Assembly: GCF_964204865.1 (NCBI RefSeq)
Contig: NC_135256.1
Coordinates: forward strand, 2,852,001-2,916,000
Direction of reading: 5' to 3'
Source of the DNA: Styela clava
Lineage: Eukaryota
Length of the DNA stretch: 64,000 nt
Part shown: positions 37,490 through 50,677 of the stretch, piece by piece
How the letters are laid out: each line of letters starts with the position of its first letter
Numbering within the stretch: the stretch's first letter is position 1
Notes under the pieces: generated by a model
The model's database searches: none
Told to the model about the DNA's origin: nothing
The model's input: only the letters and a program-made list of their open reading frames with translations
Translations under genes and position numbers: made by a program

Positions 37490-38301
37490 CGCTAATAACC
37501 GAATTGCGTAAGTCATTTTTGGCGATTTTGAGTTTTTCATAAAATAGGTATTTATGTAATGCTGCGAACCTGTCTGTTAACTCAGATTTTATTTCAAGAA
37601 TTCCGAAACCCATAAAAATGGAGATTTAGTTTGACATGCACATTTGTGCAATTGTTTCGTCAAAATGAATTATCATTGTTACCGCGGGACTATTGTGACG
37701 TCACAAAGGCAATATAACCTCGGCGAAGTATTTTCGAGTTTTTGCATCCCGGATTCTGGCTTAGCGCGTATTAATTTGAATTTATACTACAGTATAGGAA
37801 GGCGTGCACTTGTGATATTCACTGTCCGAGTCCAATTCACCTTGGTTGGCTTTTATATTGGGATCATTGCTGTTTTATTCTTTATATTTATCATTAGTCT
37901 TTTTTCGGTGGGTGTGCAGAACGTGTTATATTATTGAAATATATATTTTTAAACATAAAAAATAATGTAATTGAAACTGATTAGCTATTTTGGGGATTAA
38001 ACATTGTAGATACTGAAAATTACATTAGTTTTTGAAATGTTTAGTTTTCAGGACTGGTGCATATAGTAAAGTTGCAAAATTGCGTATGTCCCCAAGTCAT
38101 AGACACATTTCTGCCTAAGTCACAGTGCGCCATTATGACGTCACTTAACTGCGTCATACAAATTAATCTAAATCCGGCTACGATCAAAAAATTGATCCAT
38201 GGCAAATTATTGACTCTCAATGGCATAACAATATCATTAAGAAGTTATTTACGTTTTTCTCAAAACTGCTAAAAATGACCTACGCAATTCGGTTATTAGC
38301 G
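37490..38301. mobile_element. Non-autonomous TIR element (about 810 bp)
   Basis: TIRs of about 50 bp, CGCTAATAACCGAATTGCGTA.../...TACGCAATTCGGTTATTAGCG; TSD not found. Confidence 0.65.
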
Positions 38302-38628
38302 ATTTACATATTTATCCCGGGGGAGAGGAAAGCCGATAATACGGCTTAACCATATGGCGAACCACGGCCGCTCGTCCGGTTACCAGTCCATGTCGGGTAC
38401 TGTATTGGATTAGTTAGTTGTTTGTTTTTCGGAAGCATGGACTTGATGGTGGAGGAAGCCGTAACCGAACAGCGAATACGTGAACCACCCTACGGCGGCG
38501 AGGAGTCCAGCAATCCTCTCGCACCTAACCCTCGCTGCATGGGATTCGAACCTGCGAACCCATGCATGGTAATCAGAGGTGCGGTGGCGAGCGTATTCCA
38601 AACGCTTAGCACGATGAGCCACACCGCC
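38302..38628 (-). mobile_element. tRNA-derived SINE (full length)
   Basis: Reverse-complement copy of 25136-25470 with a B box. Fragments also at about 30040-30147, 30280-30425, 34360-34470, 57450-57635 and 60325-60520. Confidence 0.85.
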
Positions 38629-39121
38629 GCGCCGCGTGTGGTATTTTAGTCGACCATGAATCAAAAAAGTTGCCGCCTTAGATTAAGACAGTAAATAATA
38701 TCCATTCTAACTATCGCGGGGCATTACACAACACGTATTGGGTGGCGCCCAAGTCTTACAGGTTGATATATATATATCGTTAAAGATCAAGATTTGTAAT
38801 AGAAAATGAATCTTCTGATGTCACAAGATACAAAATCATGATTAATACGGTAACTTTATTTTACGAGTCTTGCTCGCACAGAATAAACGCGCTGGTCCAT
38901 AGTTGATTGTAATGGTTAAATTTAATAATTTACACCAATAATTAACGCCAGCTTCACGGAGAGCTGTATCCGCTACGGTCGCAAAGGTTGCTTCGGCATT
39001 TCATGGATAATCTTGTTTTTTGATGAAATTCCACTGTTGTTTTTTAAATTAATAATATTAAGCGGAGTAGGCTTTGTCAAACCAGAGATATCAGAGATAC
39101 ACCACATTAAAAATTATTATT

Positions 39122-39450
39122 TTAGGGTCGGCAACTTTTCGTCGCTCGCGGGCCAAAATTAGGCGTTACAAGTCATTGGCGGGCCACACATTTTAAAAAG
39201 TTGAAAACTGAACGGATGGTATTTTTTATATTAAAAATCAAGCAGTGATACATCTCTCGAATAGAATATAAATTTATTTCCTCATTGCATTTCAAATAAT
39301 TTCAGCGTCATTGAACCCTTTGCACTTAGCATCAACTTTTCTGCGTTTTGTTGCCATTTGTCTCACTATAATTCAGTGAAGCGTCGCGGGCCGGATTATA
39401 TTACTCCGCGGGCCGGATCCGGCTCGTTGGCCGTAGGTTGTCGACCCCTG
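39122..39450 (-). mobile_element. Deleted hAT (Charlie/SPIN-like) element
   Basis: Inverted homologue of 18874-19314. Confidence 0.7.
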
Positions 39451-39556
39451 TTTTAGGATATATTCAGAATAATAAATTATTATCATTGACTGTTCCTGAT
39501 GTCACACATAATGGTTAACTTTCTCTTTTGTTCGAAAAATGTTTGTAAATGCACTT

Positions 39557-39810
39557 CCGTGTTTCCTCGAAAATAAGCCCCATAGCTTAAATTTTATAAA
39601 TGATTTTAATATATAAGCCCTCTGCTTATTATAAAATCAAATAGCGCAAAATTTGTATTTGCTCTACATGTATAAGCAGATGGATATTGGTTTTCATATT
39701 TTGTATATTTGAAAATTTCGTAATTTTCTACTTTGTAATTTTGTTTTTGATGAATGAAAATAAAAGATCCCCCGAAAATAAGACCCCGCCTTATTTTGGG
39801 GGAAACGCGG
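39557..39810. mobile_element. pogo/Tigger-type MITE
   Basis: CCGTGTTTCCTCGAAAATAAG...CTTATTTTGGGGGAAACGCGG followed by TA. Confidence 0.6.
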
Positions 39811-40279
39811 TAATTTATTTTGAAAATCTCGTCATAATTGATAGGGGGGAGCTTTAGTATCGAACATACAGACAACAGTTTCGCCCTTTTCACGCGCCTG
39901 TACCAGTTTAGGGTATATTTATTCCGATTTTCCTTATTTTAGTTCTATTATGAGTTCGGGGACTGTTTGTGTTAGCCAAGTGAATATACCTCCTGCCCAT
40001 AGGTTTCAGTGCCTTTATACAACTCGATGTATAGTGGGCGAACAAAATCAGTTACCTCCATATTGGTACACACACTTCTGGAGCGCCTATTTTTACCCAT
40101 TCAAACCTTATTCAACATAAAATTACAGAAGTTATATTTTTGTGCAACTTTTATTTGGATATAGATCTGCAAAAACAAGCATTAAATCACAACATGACTC
40201 AATTATTAAATGTCGAATAAAAACAAATACCCCTATACAGAAGTAAGCTAGCTAAATGATCACAATACTCGATTACAAC

Positions 40280-40811
40280 CAGTGCTACCTCTAAGACAAT
40301 GTTACACTGAGCAAATGTTTGTTTAACTGAGCATCAAAATTTGGTGCTCCCAAAGTATGTTCACAAAAATGTCACACAACCTGAACTTAGCATGTGTAGC
40401 AGGTTAGAGTTCAGGTTATGCGCCATCTTGGTGCACTCACTTCAGAAGCTCCGAATATTTTAAGGCTGAGCAAAGTCCTAAAGATTTACAAACTTTGTGA
40501 AATGTTACAATAATAAAATATATCATAAGAATGCAAATTAAAGAGCAATGTAGGCTTGGCTAAACTAGCCCGTTCCAAATCATTTCAGAGAATTCAAGGT
40601 AATTGGATGAAACAGACACCTATATGATACAACTATGAACAGTGGCAATCAAACTACATGGAACGTAGAACGGGATTTTTAGCTAGGCGTTGGAAAATAT
40701 TAGTCGGAGCCACGATTTGAAAGCGTAATGTTGCAAGTGCGCGAGAATGAAAATTTAACTGCGCAAATGGTCTGGTGGCAATGCGCAATGGCGCACCTAG
40801 AGGGAACCTTG
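40280..40811. mobile_element. hAT MITE with nested Merlin-like MITE
   Basis: TSD ATTACAAC/ATTACAAG; same family as 25951-26351. Confidence 0.65.
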
Positions 40812-40918
40812 ATTACAAGCCAGGTGTTCTCTACATAAGCTAAACGAAATTAGTTCTTACAATAATATGAAATATGATGCTTACAATGATTGGCAAATAA
40901 AAAATATTGGTAAAAAAT

Positions 40919-41132
40919 AGTGCTCCGGTAGTGTGTGTACCAGGCTAGGGTTAGGCCATAATTTTATTCCGATTTTCCTTATTTTAGTTATATTACGAGT
41001 TTGGGGACTGTCTGTGTTAGCCAAGTGAATATACGCCCTGCCCATAGTAATCAGTCCCTTTGCACAACTTGATGTAAAGTAGGCAAACAAAATTAGTTTC
41101 CTCCATATTGATACACACACTTCTGCAGCGCC
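40919..41132 (+). mobile_element. Merlin-like MITE (TTAGGG family)
   Basis: Family consensus. Further copies at about 31883-32107, 34983-35099, 35664-35872, 39891-40087, 54433-54645 and 60055-60268. Confidence 0.7.
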
Positions 41133-41163
41133 AACAAATCACAGTCAATTTACTTATGACAAT

Positions 41164-43116
41164 AGACCTTATTCATTAAAAACCCATCCTACGCGCAAAA
41201 AAAAAAGTGATGTAAAAAAATATTTTTTAACATTAGCTCTTATGGGGAATGTGATCACCAGAGCAGAAATTTGCATTTTATGTAATTTTCTAGATATCTT
41301 TCATTGTATACGTGAGCAGTTTTGAGGATAGAATATTTTTTAAATCTTTTTTGATATTTTTAATATGATAAACATGGTCAAGATTTTTAATAATCGTTCA
41401 TTGGAATTTTAATGAGCGCGGTGTTTCCGATGACGTCATTCTCACTAGACCATGAGATTCTGCCAACGCGCCGTGCTCTGTGGGATATGTGCTCCAACTG
41501 CTTGTGATAACAGAATACTGGAATACCGGTACCGGGAACACAACTGGCGTTCAACGAAAGACCTATTTTGGTTTTAATTGGATGTTATATATTTCATGAA
41601 TTCCATGTACATTTCTGGTACACCTTTCAAAATCCAATTGTACATACCATGTACAGTACCTATCCCAAAATTGGTGATGTTCAGGGCTGGATTTAGACCA
41701 TGAGAGGCCCCTTCATATTTTTGAGCTCAGAATTTCTCTCTAAACAACACCCCATTTAATTGCTTAAAATGTAAAAATATGAAAGCATTAAACTTTTCAT
41801 TCTCCCCATTCATGGGTGTGAATTTTTAATTAAAAGAATGATAATTTACTTGAGGCAGTTTTGCTTACAATTTCTTTGATCAAACAACCGCTACAGCCAT
41901 ACTTTAACATAGAAACTTCCAGCAGAATGCGCATAATAATAATTTCCCTTATTATGATGCAAACGACGCAATAATGGCTGTTTACAATGTGGTTGAAACT
42001 TGTTGTATACAGAATTTTCTACTAGCTTGATATATATATAAATACTTTTTGTAGGGTTTAAACTTGTCAAGTTTTCAAAAGAATTACAAACTTTGAAATC
42101 GAATTTCGAGGCTCTAGGTTTCAGCCTGCCTCGCCTATTGGTAAATCCAGCCCTGGTGATGGTCCCTACAGCTAATTTCTGGCCCTAATCACTCAGCAGA
42201 TTAAAATAAATGGTTTTCAGCATTTATTAGCAAAGATAGATATTTTAATTAAACATATAGTTTAACTTAAACCTGTATAATGATATTATAAATATATGTC
42301 CCATTATTACTGCATTGTGAGAAGGCTTTCCACACTATCAAGTCTATAAGGTTTTAGCGTCTTCCAATGTCTCAGATGGAAACTTCAGTCTTCATTTCGC
42401 ATATTCTTTTCATTAATGCCATTAGCATTTGAAGCTTGACTGATTCCAATGTACGTTTTCCATTGTTGTTTAATGTAATATCCTAAACGTGACTTCAAAT
42501 TTTTTTCTCACTTCAACCATCACATGTTTGCATACCCCAGCTGACTTCTACTGATTTGTTATTAATTTACAATTTTTTTTATAAATTAACTGTCGTACTT
42601 GCTAAGTGTCCACTAAGTGAAAATCTACAAAAAAAAGCAGTGTTTAATAATGGACGACATTTTTAACCAAATCCAAAAATATTCCCTAACTTAGTCAACC
42701 TTAGTTAGGGTTATAGATTGTCAATGTTAAACGCTTCCAGTACCGGACGGACACGGACCCAAAGCGACATTAGCGCTGCATTTGCAGCGCATATCCCACA
42801 GAGCACGGCGCGTTGGCAGAATCTCATGGTCTAGTGAGAATGACGTCATCGGAAACACCGCGCTCATTAAAATTTTAATGAACGATTATCAAAAATCTTG
42901 ACCATGTTTATCATGATAAAAATATCAAAAAAGATGTGAAAAATATTCTATCCTCAAAACTGCTCACGTATACAATGAAAGATATCTAGAAAATTATGAA
43001 AAATGCAAATTTCTGCTCTGGTGATCACATTTCCCATAAGAGCTAATGTTAAAAAAAATCTTTTTACATCACTTTTATTTTTTACGCGTAGGATGGGTTT
43101 TTAATGAATAAGGTCT
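41164..43116. mobile_element. Non-autonomous DNA transposon with about 330-bp TIRs
   Basis: Near-identical inverted arms (about 41164-41490 vs 42790-43116) starting AGACCTTATTCATTAAAAACCC. Possible 3-bp TSD AAT; superfamily uncertain. Confidence 0.8.
41682..42155. mobile_element. hAT MITE nested in the long-TIR element
   Basis: CAGGGCTGGATTTA...TAAATCCAGCCCTG; TSD GTGATGTT/GTGATGGT. Confidence 0.8.
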
Positions 43117-43142
43117 AATATGTAATCACGACAAGTAGTGAT

Positions 43143-43764
43143 TGTCAGATTTAGGCACACAGATGTTCCATGTCATACGCGTTTATTGTAAAACGGTTGA
43201 CTGTAAATAAAGTGAAATAATCAATAAACAATCACAAGATGAGGGCGGAACGAAAATGCATAACCAGAAAGTTAATAGAAAATAAACTTACATATGATAA
43301 CGCTCCAATCGACAAGAAACTGACAGGTAACGTGAACGATCACGTTATTAGACTATAATAGAAACTAAATTTAGAAAGCAGTTATGAAAATGAAAGCAGA
43401 ATGAAATATAAAAATACATGAACAATTAAAGCAATAAATGACGACGATGGTCATATGGGGCCCCGGTTACGATACCCTCACCACAGTTCTACCTAACGAG
43501 ACCAAATGCCACCCACACGCTAAGTCAGTAAAGCGGATAATGCGAAACCACACCACCGACACCATAACAAGATTAAACATGAACGTCCTACTACGCGTAA
43601 AGTCGAGATGCAAGAGCCACGCGCGACACGTCAGGTGCAGTAAAGCCCGCGAAATTCGCGTCAAAACAGAAAAGCAATTATCGATAAAAATTAGCCGGTC
43701 GGAACACAAGGAAGAACAGCGTTCAAAATAATATTCAACTGAAAAGAAACTTCTATCGCCGACA
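43143..43764 (-). repeat. 3' LTR
   Basis: Direct repeat of 49474-50095 with 4 differences noticed by eye. Confidence 0.95.
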
Positions 43765-43979
43765 CAGCCGCCCCCAATAACCCTTCAAGGGGTTATTCAT
43801 TTTCCAGGAGGCATAGTTTTGTCACAGGTCTGGTTATTTCCCCATTTGTTGTTTTAACGGTTGCGACACGCACCCGGTTATCTTTTCCAGGGAAAACTTT
43901 GATAACTCTTCCTAGTAGCCAACTTCCTCTTGGCGCGCCGTCATCTACAACAATTATGATATCATCTATCGATAAATTC

Positions 43980-46900
43980 CTATGATCTTTCAGCCACTTT
44001 GTTCGAGTCATCACTCATCAGCATTGGTAGATACTCTCGCCGCCATCGCTTCCAGAACTGATTCGAGATTGCTTCGGTTTGTCTCCATCTTCTCCGATGC
44101 GCTGTTGATGTACAATCCGTATCCAAAGGTGTATTTGCGTCAGTATGCCCACGTATAAGACAATTGGGCGTGAGGGGTGCTGGATCACGTACGTTGTCCC
44201 CAATATGAGTTAAAGGACGGCTGTTCATAATATCGGAAATTTCAGCGAACGCAGTCGTTAATACTTCGTCCGTTACACATAGGTTACCAAGGACTGCCTT
44301 CAAAGTACGCTTTGCACTCTTGACGAGCCGCTCCCAGATGCCCCCGAAATGAGGGGCATAAGGTGGCGAAAAATTCCAATCAATGCCTTTCTTCAAACAT
44401 TCGTTGGTAATGCGAGTTTGATCCAGATCAGAAATTAATTGCCGTAATTCTCTTAAAGCGCCAACGAAATTGGACCCGTTGTCACTCCATATTCCTTTCA
44501 CGGGGCCTCGGATTGCTGTAAACCTTCTAAGAGCGCATATGAAAGAATCAGTTTCCATTGACCAGGCCAATTCCAAATGCACTGCTCTACACGATAAACA
44601 AGTAAAAATACATCCCCATCTCCTTTCAGTGGACCGTCCTCGTTTCACGTACAGTGGACCAAAGTAATCTATCCCACTGTTCAAAAATGGCCTCGCCTCC
44701 GTCAGACGAACCTCGGGCAAGTTTGCCATAAGGGGCGGTTGAGGGCGAGCTGAGCGTTTCCGACACGGCCAACAATTCTTTACTGCGCGACTGGCAAGTT
44801 TGCGACCCTTCAATGGCCAGAATATTTGTCGGATCGACGCTAACATTGCATCTGGGCCAGAATGCGCTAATCGACAATGAGCTGCACACATCAGAAGCCA
44901 AGACACACGACAAGAACAATTATCTTTACACTTAGTGCTACTGTATGGCAATATTATTGGATGCCTCGTTTCAAGCGGCTCAGGTGACTCTTGTAAACGA
45001 CCATTTGCACGCAAGAAGACTCCATCGAAAAAAGGTGTCAACGACAATAACGGTGACCTGCACGAGAGTAATTTATTCGATTTCAAAGCATTTATTTCTT
45101 CTATAAAATGCTCTCGCTGGGCCGCTATTATCCACATCATGCCACTCAGTTCTAAAAGTTTCGGACGAAGCTCTAAGATTTTGGTCTTTCTTCGAAACAC
45201 ATCCGCGACTGCAATTACCATAGCTGTCCGCTTGCATAACGAGTACCATGTGGAAAACATTTCCACCCTGATTAAGTTGTCGATGCGGATTTTGTCATTC
45301 AAAAATTCGTATTTATGGATTTCCGGCCACGTAACTGTAAAACAGACCTTTCCGCGAACTTCGCAATCACGATTGGTAATTGCTCCTAATACCGGCTGTT
45401 GGGGCCACGATGATTCAGGCAACAATAAAAACTTTGGTCCGTTTATCCACACGTTATCGCTTTCGATGAATTTGTTCATGGGCATGACTCTCGTACAACA
45501 ATTCGCTGGATTATTTTGGGTATTGACATAACGCCACTGCGCAGGTTCAGTGCAGTCAAGAATTTCACGCAGTCTATTTGCAACAAATGTTTTGAATCTT
45601 ATTTTAGTGTTTCTGAGATATCTCAGAACACACGTAGAATCTGACCACAACATTTCGCATGTGATGGGCAGGGTTAAAGACTTGCGCAGAAATTTCAGCA
45701 GACGCGCGGATAATAAGACACTTTGCAGCTCTAGTCTGGGAACGGACATATGTTTCATCGGGGAGACTCTTGATTTGGCCATCAAAAAACTACAATTCAC
45801 ACACTGGCCTTTCTTGGCACGCAAGTAAGCCACGGTACCATAAGCTTGTTCAGACGCGTCGCAAAACAAGTGGAGCTCATAAGTGGCGTCGGTTTTCGAG
45901 ACTCCTAAATATTGTCTAGGCACACGAAAATTAGTCAATTGTTTTAACGATTCGGTCCAGTCGCCCCAAGTATTCTTCCTACGGTCATCAAAATTTTCGT
46001 CCCATTTCAAGTCATCTCTCCAGCACTCCCGTATAAGTAGTTTTGCAGTTAAAATAATAAGGGCTAAAATTCCGAGAGGATCAAAAACCGATGCCGTCGC
46101 GCTTAGCGCCTCTCTTTTTGTAACAGGTTTTGCCAACGAATTGTAAATAAAGAAGAAATCATCGTCATTAGTGTTCCAGTGAAGTCCCAACGCCTTAGAA
46201 ACGGGCAAACAATCAAAATCTAGATCAACATCAGGATTAAGACGATCCTCTGTGTTAAATTTCGACAATAATGTTTTGGAATTTGAAAGCCATTTTGTCA
46301 ATCGAAAACCCCTACTTGCTAACATATTAGAAACTTCTTGTGCGACGGAGAAATCGGAGTCATCATTCCATTTTGATGAAAGCAGATCATCTACGTAAAA
46401 ATCCCTGAGAACAGTTTCTACTGCTTCCGTTGAGAATTGGCTGGTATTATCAAGCGCGGTTTGTTTAAGGCAGTAATTTGCAACATATGGCGAGTCGACC
46501 GCACCGAAAATCCTTACTAAAAACTGATATACATCAGGTGGGGATGTTGATCTTAGATCTTCTTGCCAGAGAAATCTAACTGAATCGGTGTCTGACTGCG
46601 GTAGACGCACCATATGATACATGGCTTCAATATCAGCGTTCAATGCAACGGGTCTTTCTCTGAATCGCAGTAAAACACCAATTAAATTATTAATAAGATC
46701 TGGTCCCGAATATATCTGATTATTTAAACTAATTCCACAATATGTTGCAGCGGCGTCAAAAACTATTCTTATCTTGCCGGGTTTATTCGGATTCTGAACT
46801 CTATGATGGGGCAGGTACCAAGTTCGAGGACCCAAAGTATCCCGTTCTTTATCGGTCAGTTTTCGCACCCAGCCACGTTCGATATTTTTCCTCATAGACG

Positions 46901-48221
46901 TGCAGTACATGTCTCTCAGGCAGTTATTTTTCAAAAGTCGATATTTCAGATTTTTAAATCTAGTGCGGGCAATAAGACTGTTCTCCGGCATAATGGAAGC
47001 ATCGTGACGCCACAAAAAGCCAACTTGATAATGCCCATCAACAATGGACGTTTTAGCTCTAATCATATCCGCAGCCACGCGATCTTCCACTGATTCGGCT
47101 CGCTTCATGTTGTAAACCATTCCTATCGCGTCCGTACTCCAAAACTGCATAACTTGTTCTTGCAAGATATTGTAATCGTCGTGTAATAAATGACAGTTGG
47201 CCTGAATTAGGTCGACTTCACCAGCGCGTTTGTTTGCACCTAGCAAAGTCCACCCGAGTGGCGTTCTAATAGCAATAGGCTCGTTATCCCCCCCTACACG
47301 TCTTTCTAGTTGAAAGTGGGCAAACGGATGGTCCGCACCTATGAGCAACATAACTTCGTTTTCTTTAATATCTGGGAGTGGTATTCCGCGTAAATGATGG
47401 AAAGTTTCAAAATCCGTTTGACGTCTTTCAGGGTGGGGAATTCTATTGTCACATACGAAAACTGATTTTAGAGCTAGTTCTTTGCCATCGGGATTTAATT
47501 TGTCACGTACAAAACATCCAACCGCTTCTGAATCATATGAAATCCCAGTTCCCGCCAGGGTGGTTAACATAAGCTTTTTACGACATCCACGCAAATCCAA
47601 TTTAGTTTTAAGTTTAGGATGAATGAGAGAAACCTGACTTGCCGAATCGAGCAAAGCAACGGTATATTCGGAGCGTCCATTAGCTCTAACCAATACAGGT
47701 AGCAACTGAAATTGAACCCTAGTGGTTACCGACATCGCATTGTTTACACCCTGTCGGTTTGTTGGTCTTGGGACGCTTTCAAACATGCGAATTCCATGAA
47801 TACATTTATGATGTTTCCCACTGCATATACTACACTTGACATCACATCTACACATAAATGCACGATGGCCCGGTTCAAGACATTTAAAGCAAAGTCTGTA
47901 CTCTACAACAAAATTACCTTTTACGTCATCGGTTGCACCGTAAAACACATCACAACTTCTTAAAGAATGGCCAGCATTGCAGAATTGACAACGTAGTGCG
48001 TCACTGCATGAGGCATTAACGGATTCCGAATTTGTTAACGTTGAAAATGGTGACGTAATTAACTGGCGACGACCGGTTTTGGGCCTCTCATTGTCAACTC
48101 TATTGGTGACATTGCAAGTAACATCAGGAGAAAAAGGATTGGCAATTTCCTCAGTTCTTTCCCACAACCATTGCTCAAAGTCTATTAATGTCGGATTAGA
48201 GTTCTCGTGAATAAAACCCAC
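43980..48221 (-). CDS. BEL/Pao Gag-Pol polyprotein (main ORF)
   Basis: Triple Cys/His knuckles, protease LLDSAS, RT FYVDD, RNase [12 protein letters not shown], and integrase GIDYFGP, SDNGSNF and GGIWERLV. The C-terminus continues in another frame at 43793-44014. Confidence 0.9.
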   Translation of the reverse strand: MGFIHENSNPTLIDFEQWLWERTEEIANPFSPDVTCNVTNRVDNERPKTGRRQLITSPFSTLTNSESVNASCSDALRCQFCNAGHSLRSCDVFYGATDDVKGNFVVEYRLCFKCLEPGHRAFMCRCDVKCSICSGKHHKCIHGIRMFESVPRPTNRQGVNNAMSVTTRVQFQLLPVLVRANGRSEYTVALLDSASQVSLIHPKLKTKLDLRGCRKKLMLTTLAGTGISYDSEAVGCFVRDKLNPDGKELALKSVFVCDNRIPHPERRQTDFETFHHLRGIPLPDIKENEVMLLIGADHPFAHFQLERRVGGDNEPIAIRTPLGWTLLGANKRAGEVDLIQANCHLLHDDYNILQEQVMQFWSTDAIGMVYNMKRAESVEDRVAADMIRAKTSIVDGHYQVGFLWRHDASIMPENSLIARTRFKNLKYRLLKNNCLRDMYCTSMRKNIERGWVRKLTDKERDTLGPRTWYLPHHRVQNPNKPGKIRIVFDAAATYCGISLNNQIYSGPDLINNLIGVLLRFRERPVALNADIEAMYHMVRLPQSDTDSVRFLWQEDLRSTSPPDVYQFLVRIFGAVDSPYVANYCLKQTALDNTSQFSTEAVETVLRDFYVDDLLSSKWNDDSDFSVAQEVSNMLASRGFRLTKWLSNSKTLLSKFNTEDRLNPDVDLDFDCLPVSKALGLHWNTNDDDFFFIYNSLAKPVTKREALSATASVFDPLGILALIILTAKLLIRECWRDDLKWDENFDDRRKNTWGDWTESLKQLTNFRVPRQYLGVSKTDATYELHLFCDASEQAYGTVAYLRAKKGQCVNCSFLMAKSRVSPMKHMSVPRLELQSVLLSARLLKFLRKSLTLPITCEMLWSDSTCVLRYLRNTKIRFKTFVANRLREILDCTEPAQWRYVNTQNNPANCCTRVMPMNKFIESDNVWINGPKFLLLPESSWPQQPVLGAITNRDCEVRGKVCFTVTWPEIHKYEFLNDKIRIDNLIRVEMFSTWYSLCKRTAMVIAVADVFRRKTKILELRPKLLELSGMMWIIAAQREHFIEEINALKSNKLLSCRSPLLSLTPFFDGVFLRANGRLQESPEPLETRHPIILPYSSTKCKDNCSCRVSWLLMCAAHCRLAHSGPDAMLASIRQIFWPLKGRKLASRAVKNCWPCRKRSARPQPPLMANLPEVRLTEARPFLNSGIDYFGPLYVKRGRSTERRWGCIFTCLSCRAVHLELAWSMETDSFICALRRFTAIRGPVKGIWSDNGSNFVGALRELRQLISDLDQTRITNECLKKGIDWNFSPPYAPHFGGIWERLVKSAKRTLKAVLGNLCVTDEVLTTAFAEISDIMNSRPLTHIGDNVRDPAPLTPNCLIRGHTDANTPLDTDCTSTAHRRRWRQTEAISNQFWKRWRREYLPMLMSDDSNKVAERS

Positions 48222-48277
48222 AACAAATTTATTCCAACTTGAATTCAGTTCTTGAGGAATCCTGTTTGAAACTCTCC

Positions 48278-49464
48278 TTACATTCTCGACACTACAGACT
48301 GTCCGTAGCGGCGTTTCAATTCTTTCAAAACCAGTATGTAATGACTGCCGGCGGTACCTAATCCCTCAACGCGACGCTTCGCCGAACCCGACAAATATGA
48401 GGACAATCTCACCATGCGTTGACCATCGTCGTCCAATCGTGAATGCACATTTTCATAAAACAATTCAATGAAATTAGGCTAATTTATAGCACTACCATCA
48501 AACGGACTTATTTGGACCGGCGGCAAATGATGTTCAGCCCACATTTTAGAATTTAAACTCAAAGATAAACACGTTTGCTCAGCTAGAGAAAATTTATCTT
48601 TTACCGTTCTAGATTCTTCTTGATTTGGTTGGAGAATATCGTCTATCTCTACCGACTGGTCTGGCAATGGCATCTGGTTTGCTGGTGAAGGATTTTGATA
48701 ATTTCTTGAAGTGTAAGAAATCGTATATTCACGACGTGTATCTGTCGTAGTGAAAGTCTCTGGTTCAAAGCGGGCACTTTTTCTTCGAGTTGATTCTAAC
48801 ATATCGCGTTCGTCAAAGTCATTGAACCTGGTGTTCATAAAGCTACTCTTTGGGAGAGATGGTGTCTCTCGACGATCATCGTGTTCTCGTCTTTGTGGTT
48901 CGTGGGTTACGTTCCCCGCCAAGCTAGACTCTCGAAGTTGGTCAATCGCCGCCCCCATTTCACCTTTCGGCTGTTGGGCCAGAGCTGGCTGATTGTTATC
49001 TTTCAGACTTCCGCTTGAAACGAGTTCTTTTCGTCAGGTGCCACGCACGATGCTTCAGGTTCGCGGTCGATGTAACTATCAATTTCATCGATCATACCTT
49101 CAACTTCAGATATCACGCTCCGAACGCATTCTTCGAAAGCAGCTTTTGACTCTGCATTGCGAATTTGAGGTAATATGTTCGATATAATTTGATTATAAGC
49201 GGCCAGTTTAAAATATAACTCTGCTTTAGGGCATGCAAGTTGCGATCTTCGAGCCTTTTCGTTTATCAAATTCCGACTATTGGTCAACAATGATTTAAGC
49301 TCGGTCTCTATGTTGACACGCTTTTGTCTGGGTGTGGTTAAGGATGGCAAGCTCTCAATTATATTATCGGTTACGGATTTACTTTCTTCCATACTCGTCG
49401 ACGATGAAGCCACTGTTGCTTCAGATTCTTCAGTATTTGGCGACTTCTTCAACAAATGCGTCAT
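48278..49464 (-). pseudogene. Fragmented N-terminal gag of the BEL element
   Basis: Three ORF pieces (49003-49491, 48479-48958, 48278-48463), including the FDG...YLSGSA gag motif. They are separated by a frameshift and an in-frame TAG, with another frameshift before the main ORF. Confidence 0.75.
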
Positions 49465-49473
49465 ATTCAACTT

Positions 49474-50095
49474 TGTCAGATTTAGGCACACAGATGTTCC
49501 ATGTCATACGCGTTTATTGTAAAACGGTTGACTGTAAATAAAGTGAAATAATCAATAAACAATCACAAGATGAGGGCGGAACGAAAATGCATAACCAGAA
49601 AGTTAATAGAAAATAAACTTACATATGATAACGCTCCAATCGACAAGAAACTGACAGGTAACGTGAACGATCACGTTATTAGACTATAATAGAAACTAAA
49701 TTTAGAAAGCAGTTATGAAAATGAAAGCAGAATGAAATATAAAAATACATGAACAATTAAAGCAATAAATGACGACGATGGTCATATGGGGCCCCGGTTA
49801 CGATACCCTCACCACAGTTCTACCTAACGAGACCAAATGCCACCCACACGCTAAGTCAGTAAAGCGGATAATGCGAAACCACACCACCGACACCATAACA
49901 AGATTAAACAAGAACGTCCTACGACGCGTAAAGTCGAGATGCAAGAGCCACGCGCGACACGTCAGGTGCAGTAAAGCCCGCGAAATTCGCGTCAAAACAG
50001 AAAAGCAATTATCGATAAAAATTAGCCGGTCGGAACACAAGGAAGAACAGCGTTCAGAATAATAATCAACTGAAAAGAAACTTCTATCGCCGACA
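49474..50095 (-). repeat. 5' LTR
   Basis: Direct repeat of 43143-43764. Confidence 0.95.
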
Positions 50096-50163
50096 GTGAT
50101 AGCCTTCCCTCGCGGGACAAAAAGAATCGCCTTCTCCCAGTGTGAGGACCCCTGCTTTATATA

Positions 50164-50369
50164 AGGGTGTTAAAAAAGTTACGCAAAATGATAGTAAAAT
50201 TTTTCGTCATGGCAACGTTAAAAAAGTAACTATCAAAAGCGTCAGTCGTGAAATGTTTAAATGACATTTCACCGTAATTCAATACTGTTAAAAGGTGTCA
50301 GTCGTTAAATGTTTTAAGTGGCATTTCATCTTGACCTCTGTTAATTTTGCGTTACTTTTTAAAACCCTG
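50164..50369. mobile_element. Tc1/mariner-type MITE
   Basis: AGGGTGTTAAAAAAGTTACGCAAAAT...ATTTTGCGTTACTTTTTAAAACCCTG flanked by TA. Confidence 0.6.
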
Positions 50370-50379
50370 TAGTTTCCAT

Positions 50380-50540
50380 TGCTTGGTCAAGTAAGTAAGT
50401 AATATTTATGTATTATTTAAGTATTATTTAAGTATTATTTATTATTTAAGTATTATGTATTATTTAAGTATATATTTATATATTTCTTGCTTGGTCAAGT
50501 AAGTAAGTATTATTTATGTATTATTTAAGTATTATTTATG
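50380..50540. repeat. AT-rich minisatellite (TAAGTATTATT)n with a duplicated flank
   Basis: Repeated 11-mers and two copies of TTGCTTGGTCAAGTAAGTAAGT. Confidence 0.75.
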
Positions 50541-50677
50541 GAGTCACAAAACAACTCAAGAGGTTATCTAGCTGTGACACCCTGTGAAGTATTACAAACT
50601 GTTATTAAAAGAAGAACAATAAAAAAAATACATAAGTCAATTGTTAATAGTGGAGCATTGTTTTTATATTTCGAATG

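Larger units (their letters stand above)
43143..50095 (-). mobile_element. BEL/Pao LTR retrotransposon, full length, disrupted gag-pol
   Basis: 622-bp TG...CA LTRs at 43143-43764 and 49474-50095, 5-bp TSD GTGAT, PPT-like GGGGGCGGCTG next to the 3' LTR, and domain order Gag-PR-RT-RH-IN. Confidence 0.95.

Noticed and set aside
42300-42560. KTYIG as a GIY-YIG remnant in the long-TIR element
   Set aside because: The frame is short, with stops and no upstream GIY motif.
43438-43731. 97-aa ORF repeated at 49769-50062
   Set aside because: It lies inside the LTRs, antisense to the element. The duplication is explained by the LTRs.
44935-47963. Several + strand ORFs
   Set aside because: Antisense shadows of the BEL pol frame.
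50380-50540. CRISPR-like array
   Set aside because: Simple AT-rich minisatellite without unique spacers, in a eukaryotic context with no cas genes.
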